Positions 26,108-35,950 of a DNA stretch of 46,360 nt are shown here, in pieces. The notes beneath the pieces are model-generated. The model saw only the letters and a program-made list of their open reading frames with translations. It was not told where the DNA came from and searched no databases. This DNA is from an uncultured Fibrobacter sp. Lineage in GTDB: Bacteria > Fibrobacterota > Fibrobacteria > Fibrobacterales > Fibrobacteraceae. The stretch's first letter is position 1. The number at the start of each line of letters is the position of its first letter. The stretch spans positions 1-46,360 of the forward strand of contig CAMZDZ010000001.1 in the NCBI GenBank assembly GCA_947305535.1. Direction: 5' to 3'. The position numbers and the translations under genes were made by a program.

Positions 26108-27736
26108 CTACGCCTTTTTTGCGTAGTGGGCGAGGCGTACTCCGTCGGCGGCGCTGGTGACGATTCCGCCGGCGTATCCGGCTCCTTCGCCCAGGACGAA
26201 GAGTCCCTTGGTATTTGCGCTTTCGAGCGTGTCGTTGTTGCGGCTCATGCGTAGCGGGCTGCTGGTGCGCGTCTCGGGGGCGACGATCAGGCCGTCTTCG
26301 ATGAACCCGGGGATTTTCCGGTCAAAGTTCTGGAAGCCTTCGGCGAGGCTTTTGCAGATGGTCTTGTCCATCCAGCCCCACAGATTGCTCGGCACGAGGC
26401 CGCAGGGGTAGGTGGACTTGGGAAGCCTAGCGTCTTCTTTGTGCGCGAGGAACGACTTGATGGTCTGTGCGGGGGCCGCATAGTTCTTGCCGCCGACGCT
26501 GAACGCGTCCGCTTCAATCTTGCGCTGGAGTTCGAGGCCTCCGAACAGCTTTTCGCTTGCCGCGATGGGGACCGCGATGGCTCCGTTGGCAAAGGGGCCG
26601 TTGCGGCGGCTGTAGCTCATGCCGTTTGTCGCGAGCGTGCCCGGTTCCGATGCGCAGGGCACCAGGATGCCGCCGGGACACATGCAGAAACTGTAGGCGC
26701 TGCTTGTCTTGTCGAGTGTCGGCGTGGCGAGGAAGTATTCCGCCGCGCCGGTGAGGCGCGTGTCCACGTCCTTGCCGAGCTGGCGCATGTTGATGAGCAT
26801 TTGGGGGTGCTCGACGCGCACGCCCATGGCGAAAGCCTTGCTTTCGAGGGCGACGCCACGGGCGTGCAGCAGCGTGTAGACGCTGCGGGCAGAATGCCCG
26901 ACGGCGAGCACCAGCGCCTCGCAAGGTTTCCAGAACGGCAGCGAGACATCGACACTCGCGCCTCGAACCTCGAGCCTCGAGCCTCGAACCTCCCTCAACT
27001 TAATCGCCGCAATCCGTCCGTCCTTGATCTCGATATCCTCGAGTGCCGTGCTGAAATGGATATGCCCGCCGAGCCTTACGATTTCGGCCCGGATCTCGCG
27101 CAGCATCAGCACGAGCCTGTCGGTGCCGATATGCGGTTTCGCGAAGGTGACGACGCTTTCGTCGACGCCGAAGCCGACCATGTCCTTGAGGACCGCTTCG
27201 CTAAAAGCGTTGCGGCTCCGCGTGTTCAGCTTTCCGTCGCTGAAGGCTCCCGCGCCGCCTTCGCCAAAGAGCACGTTGCTGTGCGCGTTGAACTTGCGGT
27301 CGACAAAGAAGCGCCGGATGTCGCGGAAACGCTCCTCGACGCATTTCCCCTGTTCGTAGATGTCGACGGAAAAACCCTTGCGTAGCAGATGCAGTGCCGC
27401 CCAGAGCCCGCTGGGTCCTGCGCCGACAATGTCGACATGGCCGGGCATCGGCATGGAATTTCCTAGCGGCTCCGCGTCAAGACTGCGCTCTTCGCGTTTT
27501 GCCTCAATGAGCCCGCGCGCGCTGCTGCCTGTCGTGCGCAGTGGCGATGCCACATCGAAGATCACGTTGTAGGACCAGTGCGGGTCTCCCTTGCGGCGGC
27601 TGTCCAGCGAGAATCTCTCGACTTCGATGTTGAAAATTTTTTCCGGATGAACGCGGATTTCCCGAGCCAGGGCAGCACGGACATCGCCCTTCTTATGCAG
27701 GGCGACTGCCAGTTCTCTGAATCGGTAGGTAAACAT
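26108..27736 (-). CDS. FAD-dependent oxidoreductase (COG2509-like)
   Basis: IVGAGPSG, FGEGGAGAFSDGKL, KPHIGTD, YSFCMCPGG, ETRTSSP, GEGAGYAGGIVTSAADG. Confidence 0.9.
   Translation of the reverse strand: MFTYRFRELAVALHKKGDVRAALAREIRVHPEKIFNIEVERFSLDSRRKGDPHWSYNVIFDVASPLRTTGSSARGLIEAKREERSLDAEPLGNSMPMPGHVDIVGAGPSGLWAALHLLRKGFSVDIYEQGKCVEERFRDIRRFFVDRKFNAHSNVLFGEGGAGAFSDGKLNTRSRNAFSEAVLKDMVGFGVDESVVTFAKPHIGTDRLVLMLREIRAEIVRLGGHIHFSTALEDIEIKDGRIAAIKLREVRGSRLEVRGASVDVSLPFWKPCEALVLAVGHSARSVYTLLHARGVALESKAFAMGVRVEHPQMLINMRQLGKDVDTRLTGAAEYFLATPTLDKTSSAYSFCMCPGGILVPCASEPGTLATNGMSYSRRNGPFANGAIAVPIAASEKLFGGLELQRKIEADAFSVGGKNYAAPAQTIKSFLAHKEDARLPKSTYPCGLVPSNLWGWMDKTICKSLAEGFQNFDRKIPGFIEDGLIVAPETRTSSPLRMSRNNDTLESANTKGLFVLGEGAGYAGGIVTSAADGVRLAHYAKKA
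26961..26992. repeat. CCTCGAR heptamer array inside the FAD oxidoreductase gene
   Basis: CCTCGAA CCTCGAG CCTCGAG CCTCGAA CCTC; encodes EVRGSRLEVRG. Confidence 0.85.
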
Positions 27737-27772
27737 CGGCGCAAATTTAGAAAAGGTGGGATGCGTCCGTAG

Positions 27773-30127
27773 CTAGAACGTGTAGTTCAGGTTTAATCCG
27801 CCGTATACGTCCTTGTATTCGTTGCTCAAATTGTCAGGACGGTAGAAAATGCCCGTGCCGAACACCCATTCGCTGTAGAAATGCTTGGAATGGTTGATGC
27901 GGAGTCGTGCACTGCCGATAAAGTCGGTTTCCTTCTCGCTTACGTCCTTTTTATTTTCTTCCCAGGTCGTTGCCATGTAGCGGAATTCGCCGTTGATGCC
28001 CAGGACGAGGAATTCCTGCAGGAAGGGAACTTCGAGTTCGTCACCGACGGTGAGCTCCGCCTCGTCCATGTCATCCCGGTTGTACTTCTTGAACCGGGGC
28101 GTAACGTAGAAATGGTTCTGGAAGGGCTCGAAAGATGTCGTCGCGACGATGGGGTAGCTGTGCTCGAAGTAGTCGGTGCCTCCGTAGTAGTAGCCGAGCC
28201 GGCCCCATGTCTCGTCGCTGAAGTCGAAATCCTTCACGAGAGCGTCGTCGTGGAACTTGGAGTCGTCGAGTCTCATGGCGAAGCGCGCGTCCACGTTGAT
28301 CGTGGTGGGCCCTTTGCGGAGAGTCACCCCGGCGTTCCAGGAGTGTTTCAGCAGCCGTTCCTCGAAATTGGAGGCGATGTAGTCTTCGCCGTCGAGCGCC
28401 TTGTACGCGTCCCAGCGTTCCTTGTCGATTTCGACAATCGAGTCTCCGGTGTCGTACTTTGTTGTGGCCTTGCCCTTGCGCGGGTTGAACCAGCTGTCCG
28501 TATATATCTTGGATTCCTCGGTGTACACGGCGCGCAGCTGGAATGGCTTATATTGCTTCTTGTATTCAAATCCGTATCCGGCCCGCAGGCTGAGAACCTC
28601 GTTGATGCGGAAACTGTTCTGGATGCCCGCGTTGTGGGTGTAGCGGGTGCGGTCCATGTCGAGTTCGTGCTCCTTGTACCACGGAGAATCCATGTTGGGC
28701 GCAATCCCGTGCTTAGTCCCTTCTCCGAAACCGAGCATGTTCATCTTTTCGCCTTTTGCCGCGTTCTCGACGAGTACGTTGTAGCTCAGGTTCAAGTCCC
28801 AAACGTCAAAGAGTCCCTGGTCGATTTCGATGCCGTATTCGCGCGTGTCCGCAAGTTGGTCCGGAGAGCCGGCACTGTAGAAGTTCTCGCCGACATATTT
28901 GGCGTGTCCCCGGATGGTGGTCGCCTTGTAGCTCCAGTTCCCGAAAAGGCCGAATGCGAAATTCTGGTTTCTCCAGCTCATTCCGAGCGCACGGTCGTCA
29001 TCCCGGTTTTTTTCGTAGTTTTTCTGGATCGCCTTGGCCTTTTGGATCAGGGTGAGCAGGGAGTCCTGCATCTGCTTTGTCGTGAGCGTGTTGTTGTCGC
29101 CGAAAATGCTTTCGAGTTCATTCTTGGAAAGCGTCTTGACAGCATTCTCGTTGTGCATCAGCTTGCGTAGAGTGGCGTAGCTCGAGGTGTTCAGGCCCGC
29201 TCTGGAGAAGACTGCGTTGACTGCCCTCTCGCGGATGACGTCTGCGGTGTCGGCACGCCCGACTGCAGCCTGGAAGTTCAGCATGGCGTCTTTTGATTCC
29301 GAAAAGATCCCCATGTCGGTAAATAGCGTGAAGGATTCCTGCATCGGTTCTGCGGTGATGGTGCTCGCGCTGGCCCCGTCCCTGAGCAGCGGGTCCTCGA
29401 TTTCGTCGTTTGCGTATATGCCTCCGACGGCGATGCTGCTGATCTTGTTTGGACTTAACTTGATGGAACCGCCGTAGGCGATTCGCTGGGCGGCGGCTTC
29501 ACCGTCGTCTATCCACTCGTGATAGAAGTAGGGGTGGCGATTCCCGGGGAGCAGGGGGCGCTGCGCCTCGCCGAAGAATCCGTTGACCTGCCACGTCGGG
29601 TTGCCGTTTTCGTCCCTCATCGCGGAAAGCGTGTAGTCGATACCGAATACAGGTAGCCCGCCCATGTAGAGTTCGCCTTCGGATTTATGGAAATCTCCAA
29701 GTGTCAGTTGGCTGTATTTGTCGGTGTAGCGGAGCGATACCGGGTTCGGGTAGAACTTGTTCCAGTTGTCGCTCGTGACGTCGGCATCGAACTCGAAAAC
29801 TCGGCCGTCCGGTGATTCTGCGCGAACGTAGGCGCTGCCCTCGGTCATGAACCCGGGAACCTGGAAGTAGTTGCGGTAACGATTCCCGGGCTTTATCGAG
29901 TCTTGCCCGGAGACAAACGTGTCGCCGTGGTGAGTGCGAGTCCGGACATAGTGGTAGGCTCCCCGATAGGTGACGTTGCCCGAAACGTTCCAGGTTTTCG
30001 TCGTATCGCTGGGCGGAACAACAACGGCAAACGCCGCAGAGTCAACTGCGGCGGAATCCGTCTGTGCGACGGAGAGCGTCGATGCTATCGCCAGCGTCCA
30101 GATTGTTATCTGGTTCGAAAACCCCAT
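27773..30127 (-). CDS. Predicted outer-membrane beta-barrel protein
   Basis: Signal peptide, amphipathic beta strands, C-terminal GLNLNYTF. Confidence 0.75.
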   Translation of the reverse strand: MGFSNQITIWTLAIASTLSVAQTDSAAVDSAAFAVVVPPSDTTKTWNVSGNVTYRGAYHYVRTRTHHGDTFVSGQDSIKPGNRYRNYFQVPGFMTEGSAYVRAESPDGRVFEFDADVTSDNWNKFYPNPVSLRYTDKYSQLTLGDFHKSEGELYMGGLPVFGIDYTLSAMRDENGNPTWQVNGFFGEAQRPLLPGNRHPYFYHEWIDDGEAAAQRIAYGGSIKLSPNKISSIAVGGIYANDEIEDPLLRDGASASTITAEPMQESFTLFTDMGIFSESKDAMLNFQAAVGRADTADVIRERAVNAVFSRAGLNTSSYATLRKLMHNENAVKTLSKNELESIFGDNNTLTTKQMQDSLLTLIQKAKAIQKNYEKNRDDDRALGMSWRNQNFAFGLFGNWSYKATTIRGHAKYVGENFYSAGSPDQLADTREYGIEIDQGLFDVWDLNLSYNVLVENAAKGEKMNMLGFGEGTKHGIAPNMDSPWYKEHELDMDRTRYTHNAGIQNSFRINEVLSLRAGYGFEYKKQYKPFQLRAVYTEESKIYTDSWFNPRKGKATTKYDTGDSIVEIDKERWDAYKALDGEDYIASNFEERLLKHSWNAGVTLRKGPTTINVDARFAMRLDDSKFHDDALVKDFDFSDETWGRLGYYYGGTDYFEHSYPIVATTSFEPFQNHFYVTPRFKKYNRDDMDEAELTVGDELEVPFLQEFLVLGINGEFRYMATTWEENKKDVSEKETDFIGSARLRINHSKHFYSEWVFGTGIFYRPDNLSNEYKDVYGGLNLNYTF

Positions 30128-32028
30128 CAGCGGACCTCGTAAGTTTTGGAAGCGTTCAGGACGCGGCCATTTTTCATGACCACTTCTATCTTAATGATAG
30201 TCTTTTTATCGCGCACCAATTCCACGGGTATGTCAAAATTGAGGTCTGTAATCTGCTTATTTTGTAGTTGAACGACGTTTTTGCCGTTCTGCTTGATGGT
30301 AATTCTCTTGATTTGGCTCGGATCCTGCTGCGGGACGTTGGCAACCTTGAATTTTACGTTCCTTGTAATCCCGGTTTTGGAGCCCTTCGGAGACAGCGGG
30401 GCGCGGATGAGTTCGTAGTTGCCGCCCTGCACGGCAAGGGTCGTGTTGACATTGGGGAAGCATCCGAGCGTCTTGACGAGCTCGGCCTTGTTGCCGGCCC
30501 TGTCCTCGGCCTTGAAGGTGTACTTGTGCGAACCGGCCTTGAGCTTGAAGGTCGTGAAGATGTCCTTGTCTAGACTTGTCTCCTTGGTGAGAGCCCCATC
30601 AACGAAGGTGGATAGCAGCACTACATCGCCCTTGATGTTGGAAATGGAAATGCTGATGTTGCAGCGGGTGGAGTCGTAGCGCTGGAAATTGACTATCGGG
30701 TTAACTTGGTTCACCTTGGCGCAGGACTTGTCGATTTCCAGGTCGACACTTTCGGTCTGCACGCCTTCGGCGGTGTGGAATTCGGCGTAGGCCTTCTTCT
30801 CTTCCCAGTTGCCGATGCGGTCGCTCACGGCGATGGTGTGGCTGAACTTGCTGCCCTGGCTGAGCGGGACGAGGTTCGGCGATGTGTAGTTGCCGAGTTT
30901 CACGAACAGGTTGGCGTTCGTGGCGGTCGTGTCGAATGTGCCTTCCATTGTGACGGTCCCCGTCTTGCAGACCTTGACCGGGGAAGGCGTCGTGAGCTTG
31001 AAGGTAACCTTCTCAGCCTTGGGTTCCTGTTTCTCGATTTTCTTGACAGGCTTGCTCGGCTTGGCGTAGGTCGTGGTGATGTAGCCGCAGGGGAGGCTTA
31101 TCTTGCCGACAAAGCAGGATACGGGGAATTTCTTCGCTCCGTAGGCGCTTGCATCCCAGCTCGGGGTGAACTGGAAGGGTTCGTCGGTCGTCTCGATGCG
31201 TTCCGCACCGACTTCGATAAAGATGCCCGGCTTGCAGGAACCCTGGATGGTGAGGAACGGCGTGGTCACCGTGTCCGGAATGGATTCGAAGGCGCATCCC
31301 AAGGTGTCGACGGCGTTTTTCAAGTTGGCCGCGTACACGGAATCGAGGGACTGGATGCTCTTCTTGAGGTCTTCCAGCGATTTTGTCGTGTCGCTCAGGA
31401 GCGAGTCGATCTTGTTGAGGAAGTCGAGGTCGCCGGAAGAGGCGAGTTCGAGGACCACGAAGGAATCTCCGTTCGGGACGGCGGTCTCGCCGCCGTTGAT
31501 GTTCACCTGACCGCTCCCGGTGGTGATTTCGAGCTTGCCTTCGCGGAGTGCCGCGATGGGCTTGCCGCGGCTGGTCTGGCCGATGACGCCCGAAGTGCCG
31601 CGGACGGCTGCCGTCGCGGTCCCGGTGCGGAACTGGAACGAGCTTTCCTTGCCCTTCTGTTTCTGCACGTCGAAGCGGACCTTGCCCTGCTGCACGTCGG
31701 CAGTCAGTTTCTGGTTCCCGTCCTTGGCGATCAGTTCCTCGAACACGACGAGAGTGTTCTCTTCGATGGATATGCTGCTGCCGTCAGGCAGGTTGATGAT
31801 GGCCTGCGATTCGATCTCGGTACGGATCTTGTCGGCCTGCTCGACGGTCGCCCCTACGCGCAACGCCGCCCAGTTGGTCTTGTTGGCCTTTTGGCGGGCT
31901 ACGTCGCCCAGCACGGAACGGACTTTGCCGGACGTGCTTTTGGCTGCCAAGCTGGGCATGGCAAGGAGTAAAGCCGTAAAAATGACTAGAATCTTGGATT
32001 TTTGCGAAAAAAACATGTTGCCCCGCAT
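30127..32028 (-). CDS. Secreted FecR-domain protein with Ig-like C-terminal domains
   Basis: Signal peptide; W.ALRVG, DKIRT, LPDGS.I.I.ENT, QGKVRFDVQK, TGTATAAVRGT; 1-nt overlap with the barrel gene. Confidence 0.8.
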   Translation of the reverse strand: MRGNMFFSQKSKILVIFTALLLAMPSLAAKSTSGKVRSVLGDVARQKANKTNWAALRVGATVEQADKIRTEIESQAIINLPDGSSISIEENTLVVFEELIAKDGNQKLTADVQQGKVRFDVQKQKGKESSFQFRTGTATAAVRGTSGVIGQTSRGKPIAALREGKLEITTGSGQVNINGGETAVPNGDSFVVLELASSGDLDFLNKIDSLLSDTTKSLEDLKKSIQSLDSVYAANLKNAVDTLGCAFESIPDTVTTPFLTIQGSCKPGIFIEVGAERIETTDEPFQFTPSWDASAYGAKKFPVSCFVGKISLPCGYITTTYAKPSKPVKKIEKQEPKAEKVTFKLTTPSPVKVCKTGTVTMEGTFDTTATNANLFVKLGNYTSPNLVPLSQGSKFSHTIAVSDRIGNWEEKKAYAEFHTAEGVQTESVDLEIDKSCAKVNQVNPIVNFQRYDSTRCNISISISNIKGDVVLLSTFVDGALTKETSLDKDIFTTFKLKAGSHKYTFKAEDRAGNKAELVKTLGCFPNVNTTLAVQGGNYELIRAPLSPKGSKTGITRNVKFKVANVPQQDPSQIKRITIKQNGKNVVQLQNKQITDLNFDIPVELVRDKKTIIKIEVVMKNGRVLNASKTYEVR

Positions 32029-32130
32029 TTCCTGTTGTTAACTTTATTAAATATATGTATTATTATTATGTTTTGCATGTGAATTGCATCAATTAGTTAT
32101 TTTCATCACATTGAAAGCAGAGGTTCAAAG

Positions 32131-32421
32131 ATGAGCATGGACGCCGACGAATTGACTATCGAAGTAAGCGATGCCGAAACGGGGGAACTTGTCCTCAAGC
32201 AACTGGACAAGGAAGTGCTGACCAAGGGCGCCTGGCAGAGCATGATGTTCCTATACCAGGACCGCGATGCGAAAACGGGTGAGTTTGGTGAACCGAAGGT
32301 TTCTCTTCGCCGTTACCAGAAGTCCCAGGGGACGTTCAAGGCCCGCAGCAAGTTCAATATCAGCGGAAAGGCCCAGGCCGAAGCCATCATTGCGACCCTC
32401 AAGAAGTGGTATAACATCTAA
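32131..32421 (+). CDS. Hypothetical 96-aa protein
   Basis: GAGG SD; LDKEVLTKGAW, RRYQK, SKFNIS; TAATG coupling to ybeY. Confidence 0.75.
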   Translation: MSMDADELTIEVSDAETGELVLKQLDKEVLTKGAWQSMMFLYQDRDAKTGEFGEPKVSLRRYQKSQGTFKARSKFNISGKAQAEAIIATLKKWYNI

Positions 32422-32882
32422 TGCCCGACCCTGCCAGTAAAAAGAAATCTGTGAAATATGACATAGAGTTCCTGTGCGAGGGGAATATTGCGTCTTTCCC
32501 GTGGAAAGAGCGGTTCGAGGCCATGGCCCGTCGTCTCCTGCGCGAGGAAGGGGCAGAAAAGAGCGTGAACATCGTCCTTTGCACCGACGAGTTCGTCCGC
32601 GTGATGAACCGTGACTACCGCGGCCTCGACAAGGTGACCGACGTGCTTTCCTACGAATGGCACGACGAGGAATTCCTTGGCGAAATCTACATCGCCCGCG
32701 ACCAGGTGAAGCGCCAGGCCCCGGAATACGGCAATACGTTCTATGCCGAGATGAAGCGCGTGATTGTGCACGGGCTACTGCACCTTTCCGGTTATGACCA
32801 TATCAAGCCGGCGGACCGCAAGGTGATGCGCGCCCGCGAATGTGAATTTTTGGGGCTCGACCCCTACAAGGAGAAGGACTGA
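32421..32882 (+). CDS. ybeY: rRNA maturation RNase YbeY
   Basis: NRDYRGLDKVTDVLS, LGEIYI, HGLLHLSGYDH. Confidence 0.95.
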   Translation: MPDPASKKKSVKYDIEFLCEGNIASFPWKERFEAMARRLLREEGAEKSVNIVLCTDEFVRVMNRDYRGLDKVTDVLSYEWHDEEFLGEIYIARDQVKRQAPEYGNTFYAEMKRVIVHGLLHLSGYDHIKPADRKVMRARECEFLGLDPYKEKD

Positions 32883-34171
32883 TGGAAAACTCCGACAGTT
32901 GGGTTTTCGCTTTTTTGATTGTTTTCCTGTTTGTTTCGTTCTCGTTCTCGCTGATCAAGGCTGTGTTCAGCGGCATTTACGCCAAACGCGAAGCCAAGGA
33001 CAGGGATGACCGTGAAGAGGTTATTGCCGGTCTTGTGGAATGGGGCGGCTTCAACGAGACCATTTCCATCGGCCGTATTTTCTGCAACATAGGGAGCGGC
33101 CTGCTGGGCTACTACCTGTTCCAGTCCCTGCCGTACGCCTGGATCAAGGACTACTGGGAACTGGGCAGCGCCGCCTACCTGATTGTCGCCTGCGCCGGTA
33201 TCTACATGCTTACGGTGTTCTGCGCGAACCTGCTCGGCAGCCTCAAGCCCGACACGATTGCCATCGTGCTCGTCCCGCTGTTCCGGGTTATCCGCATCCC
33301 GTTTGCCCCGGCTGCGATGTTCTGCCACTGGCTGTTCGTGAAGATGCTCCAGCTGTTCGGCTACGACGCCAAGTTGAGCTTCTTGCCCGAAGAGCGCCGC
33401 GATGCGGTCCAGGCCGACCTGTCCGACTTGAAGGCGGGCGAGGGCGAAGGCCTCGAGAAGGAAGAACGCCAGATGATCCTGAACATCTTCGACTTCGTGG
33501 AGACCCCGGTGCGCGAGATCATGACTCCCCGTGTAGACATGTGCGCCATCGACGTGGACACCAAGCTCGAGGAACTCGTGCATGTGCTGAACAACGAGCG
33601 CCATTCCCGCTTGCCGGTGTACAAGGACACGGTCGACAATATCGTGGGCGTACTTTCGAACCGCGACTTCCTGGAATGGTACACCGAGCACCGCGACGAA
33701 CCTTTCGACTTGATGAAGCTCGTGATGCCGCCCGTGTTCGTTCCCTACCATAAGAAGATTGACGACCTGCTGACCGAGCTGCGCAAGAACGGCAACCAGC
33801 TCGCCATCGTCGTCGACGAGTACGGCGGAACCGCCGGACTCGTCACCCTCGAGGATATCCTCGAGGAAATCGTCGGCGAGATTCGCGACGAGGACGACGA
33901 GGACGAAAACGACGTGCAACGTCTCAAGGACGGCCGCTACATTTTGGACCCGCTCATGACGCTTTCCGACCTGGAAGACGAACTGGGCGTGGAACTGGAG
34001 GCTCCGGAAAATTCCCACGTGGAAACGCTGTCGGGCCTTATCCAGGCGACACTCGGCATCATCCCGTCACCGGGCGCCGAAGTGGAAATCGACGGTTACA
34101 AGTTCCGCGTGCTCAAGATGGATGGCACCCGCATGGAAAAGGTGCTGATGATCAAGCCCCAGGCCAAGTAG
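32882..34171 (+). CDS. Hemolysin-family CNNM/CBS/CorC transporter-associated protein
   Basis: N-terminal TM segments, [42 protein letters not shown], CorC_HlyC tail. Confidence 0.92.
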   Translation: MENSDSWVFAFLIVFLFVSFSFSLIKAVFSGIYAKREAKDRDDREEVIAGLVEWGGFNETISIGRIFCNIGSGLLGYYLFQSLPYAWIKDYWELGSAAYLIVACAGIYMLTVFCANLLGSLKPDTIAIVLVPLFRVIRIPFAPAAMFCHWLFVKMLQLFGYDAKLSFLPEERRDAVQADLSDLKAGEGEGLEKEERQMILNIFDFVETPVREIMTPRVDMCAIDVDTKLEELVHVLNNERHSRLPVYKDTVDNIVGVLSNRDFLEWYTEHRDEPFDLMKLVMPPVFVPYHKKIDDLLTELRKNGNQLAIVVDEYGGTAGLVTLEDILEEIVGEIRDEDDEDENDVQRLKDGRYILDPLMTLSDLEDELGVELEAPENSHVETLSGLIQATLGIIPSPGAEVEIDGYKFRVLKMDGTRMEKVLMIKPQAK

Positions 34172-35470
34172 CTAGAGCACTTGCGATTGAATGTCGCCGC
34201 CGCGGAAGCGCGTGGTGATGCGGTCGCCCGGCTTGAGTTCGCTCGCGTTTCGAATAAATTTCCCGTTTGCGTCCAGGGTCAGCGTGTAACCCTTCGCGAG
34301 GACTTGCTTGGGGTCGGCCGCCTTGACCTTCTGCTCGCTCAGCTCGAACCGGGCCTTCTCGAACTCGATGATTTTTCGCGATCCCTGCTTTAGACCTTCC
34401 GCGTTGCGTGACAGGCGTTCGCTTTCGTTGCGGAACAGGAACTGCATGTCTTTCTTGAGGGATACGCCTATCTGGGCGAGGTTTGTTTTTTCTTGCAGGA
34501 ACCGCCTGGCTAGGATCTGCTGCAGCCGGTGGCCCACGGAGGTCAGCCCGGTCGAGTATGCGCCCAGGCAGTCCCTTGCGCCTTCGGCGATGTCGCGTGC
34601 GGCGCGAACCATGGCGTCCCAGCTTTCGCTCGCCCTTTCGATAAGGCGCTTCGCGCAGTCGGTGGGGGTGATGCACGACAGGTGCGCCACCTCGTCGAGC
34701 AGGCTGCGGTCGATTTCGTGGCCGATTCCCGTAAAGACGGGTACGCGGCAGTTTGCCACGGCGCGGCACAGGGCCTCGCTGTCGAAAAAGGTGAGGTCCG
34801 TCTTGGAACCGCCTCCGCGCACGATGCAGACGACGTCCAGTTCGGGATCGCTTTGGAGCGTGTCGAGCGCTTCGATGACGCTGGATTCCGTCTCGTTGCC
34901 CTGCATTTTCGCGAATGCGGGCACGATGTGGAATGCGAATGGCGATTCCGCAAGCTTGGTGGAAAAATCCCGGTAGGCTGCGGTCCCTTCGCCGGTGATG
35001 AGGCCTACTCGCAAGGGCATTGCAGGGAGCTCCAGCGACTTGTTCTTGTCGAGAAGCCCTTCGGTTGCGAGTTTTCGCAGGATGGCGCTCTTGGTTAGCG
35101 CGAGTTCGCCCAGGGTGTACACCGGATCGATGTCGAGAATCTGGGCTTGGAGCTTGCCGTAGGGGACATAGAGCTCCGCCTTGATGAGCAGTTGCACCTT
35201 GAGCTGGGGCTTGATTTCGAAGGGGTTCTCGAAACTGGCGACTTTGGCCTTGATTGCGGCGAATTTTGCCCCGAAACACGAAAGGGAAACCGTCGCTTGC
35301 GGGATTACGCTCCCTTCCTCGAAGTCCGCGATGCTCATGTAGACGATTTTCGGCTTTTCGGAAATCTGCGTGATGACTCCATGAACCCATACGGCAGGGG
35401 TGTCCTCCACCTTCTGCTTGAGGGCGGTCATGTACTGTTTCACGGAGTACGAGCGGATTTCTTGCATCAT
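34172..35470 (-). CDS. xseA: Exodeoxyribonuclease VII large subunit
   Basis: OB-fold N-terminus, VGLIT, RGGGS, TGIGHEID, TPT, P..VLAKGY. Confidence 0.93.
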   Translation of the reverse strand: MMQEIRSYSVKQYMTALKQKVEDTPAVWVHGVITQISEKPKIVYMSIADFEEGSVIPQATVSLSCFGAKFAAIKAKVASFENPFEIKPQLKVQLLIKAELYVPYGKLQAQILDIDPVYTLGELALTKSAILRKLATEGLLDKNKSLELPAMPLRVGLITGEGTAAYRDFSTKLAESPFAFHIVPAFAKMQGNETESSVIEALDTLQSDPELDVVCIVRGGGSKTDLTFFDSEALCRAVANCRVPVFTGIGHEIDRSLLDEVAHLSCITPTDCAKRLIERASESWDAMVRAARDIAEGARDCLGAYSTGLTSVGHRLQQILARRFLQEKTNLAQIGVSLKKDMQFLFRNESERLSRNAEGLKQGSRKIIEFEKARFELSEQKVKAADPKQVLAKGYTLTLDANGKFIRNASELKPGDRITTRFRGGDIQSQVL

Positions 35471-35564
35471 GGCCCTCTTAAAAAAAATTTTGCCTTGATT
35501 TGGTGGGCTATACCCTCTAATAATAGCTATTTTAAGTGACGAAAATCACCAATAGGAGACTTTT

Positions 35565-35948
35565 ATGAATATTCGTACTCTCGCTATGGGGGCCGCCGCG
35601 CTAGCTCTGTTCGGCTGCGCTTCCAATCAGCAAGCTGTTGATCGTTCCTTGGGCCAGGCCGAAATGACCCAGGCTGTTGCCGCCGAATCGAATGTCAATG
35701 CCACTGCCGCCGCAAAGGCGAAGGCCGACCTCGATTCTGCCCAGACTCTCGCTGCAAATGGCGACGAGGAAGAAGCTATCGTGATGGCTGACATGAGTTC
35801 GCTTGAATACAAGCTTGCAATTTATGCTGCGGAACGTGACGAGATGAAGAAGAAGGACGAGGCTCTTGAAAAGGAACTTCGCGAAGACAATGTACGCAAG
35901 GCCAAGTACCAGGGTATCCTGGACAGCGAAGTCAAGGGAGGCAAGTAA
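35565..35948 (+). CDS. Helical lipoprotein (DUF4398-like partner of OmpA protein)
   Basis: Lipobox LFGC, Ala-rich helices, GGAG SD, 2 bp from the OmpA gene. Confidence 0.7.
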   Translation: MNIRTLAMGAAALALFGCASNQQAVDRSLGQAEMTQAVAAESNVNATAAAKAKADLDSAQTLAANGDEEEAIVMADMSSLEYKLAIYAAERDEMKKKDEALEKELREDNVRKAKYQGILDSEVKGGK

Positions 35949-35950
35949 TA

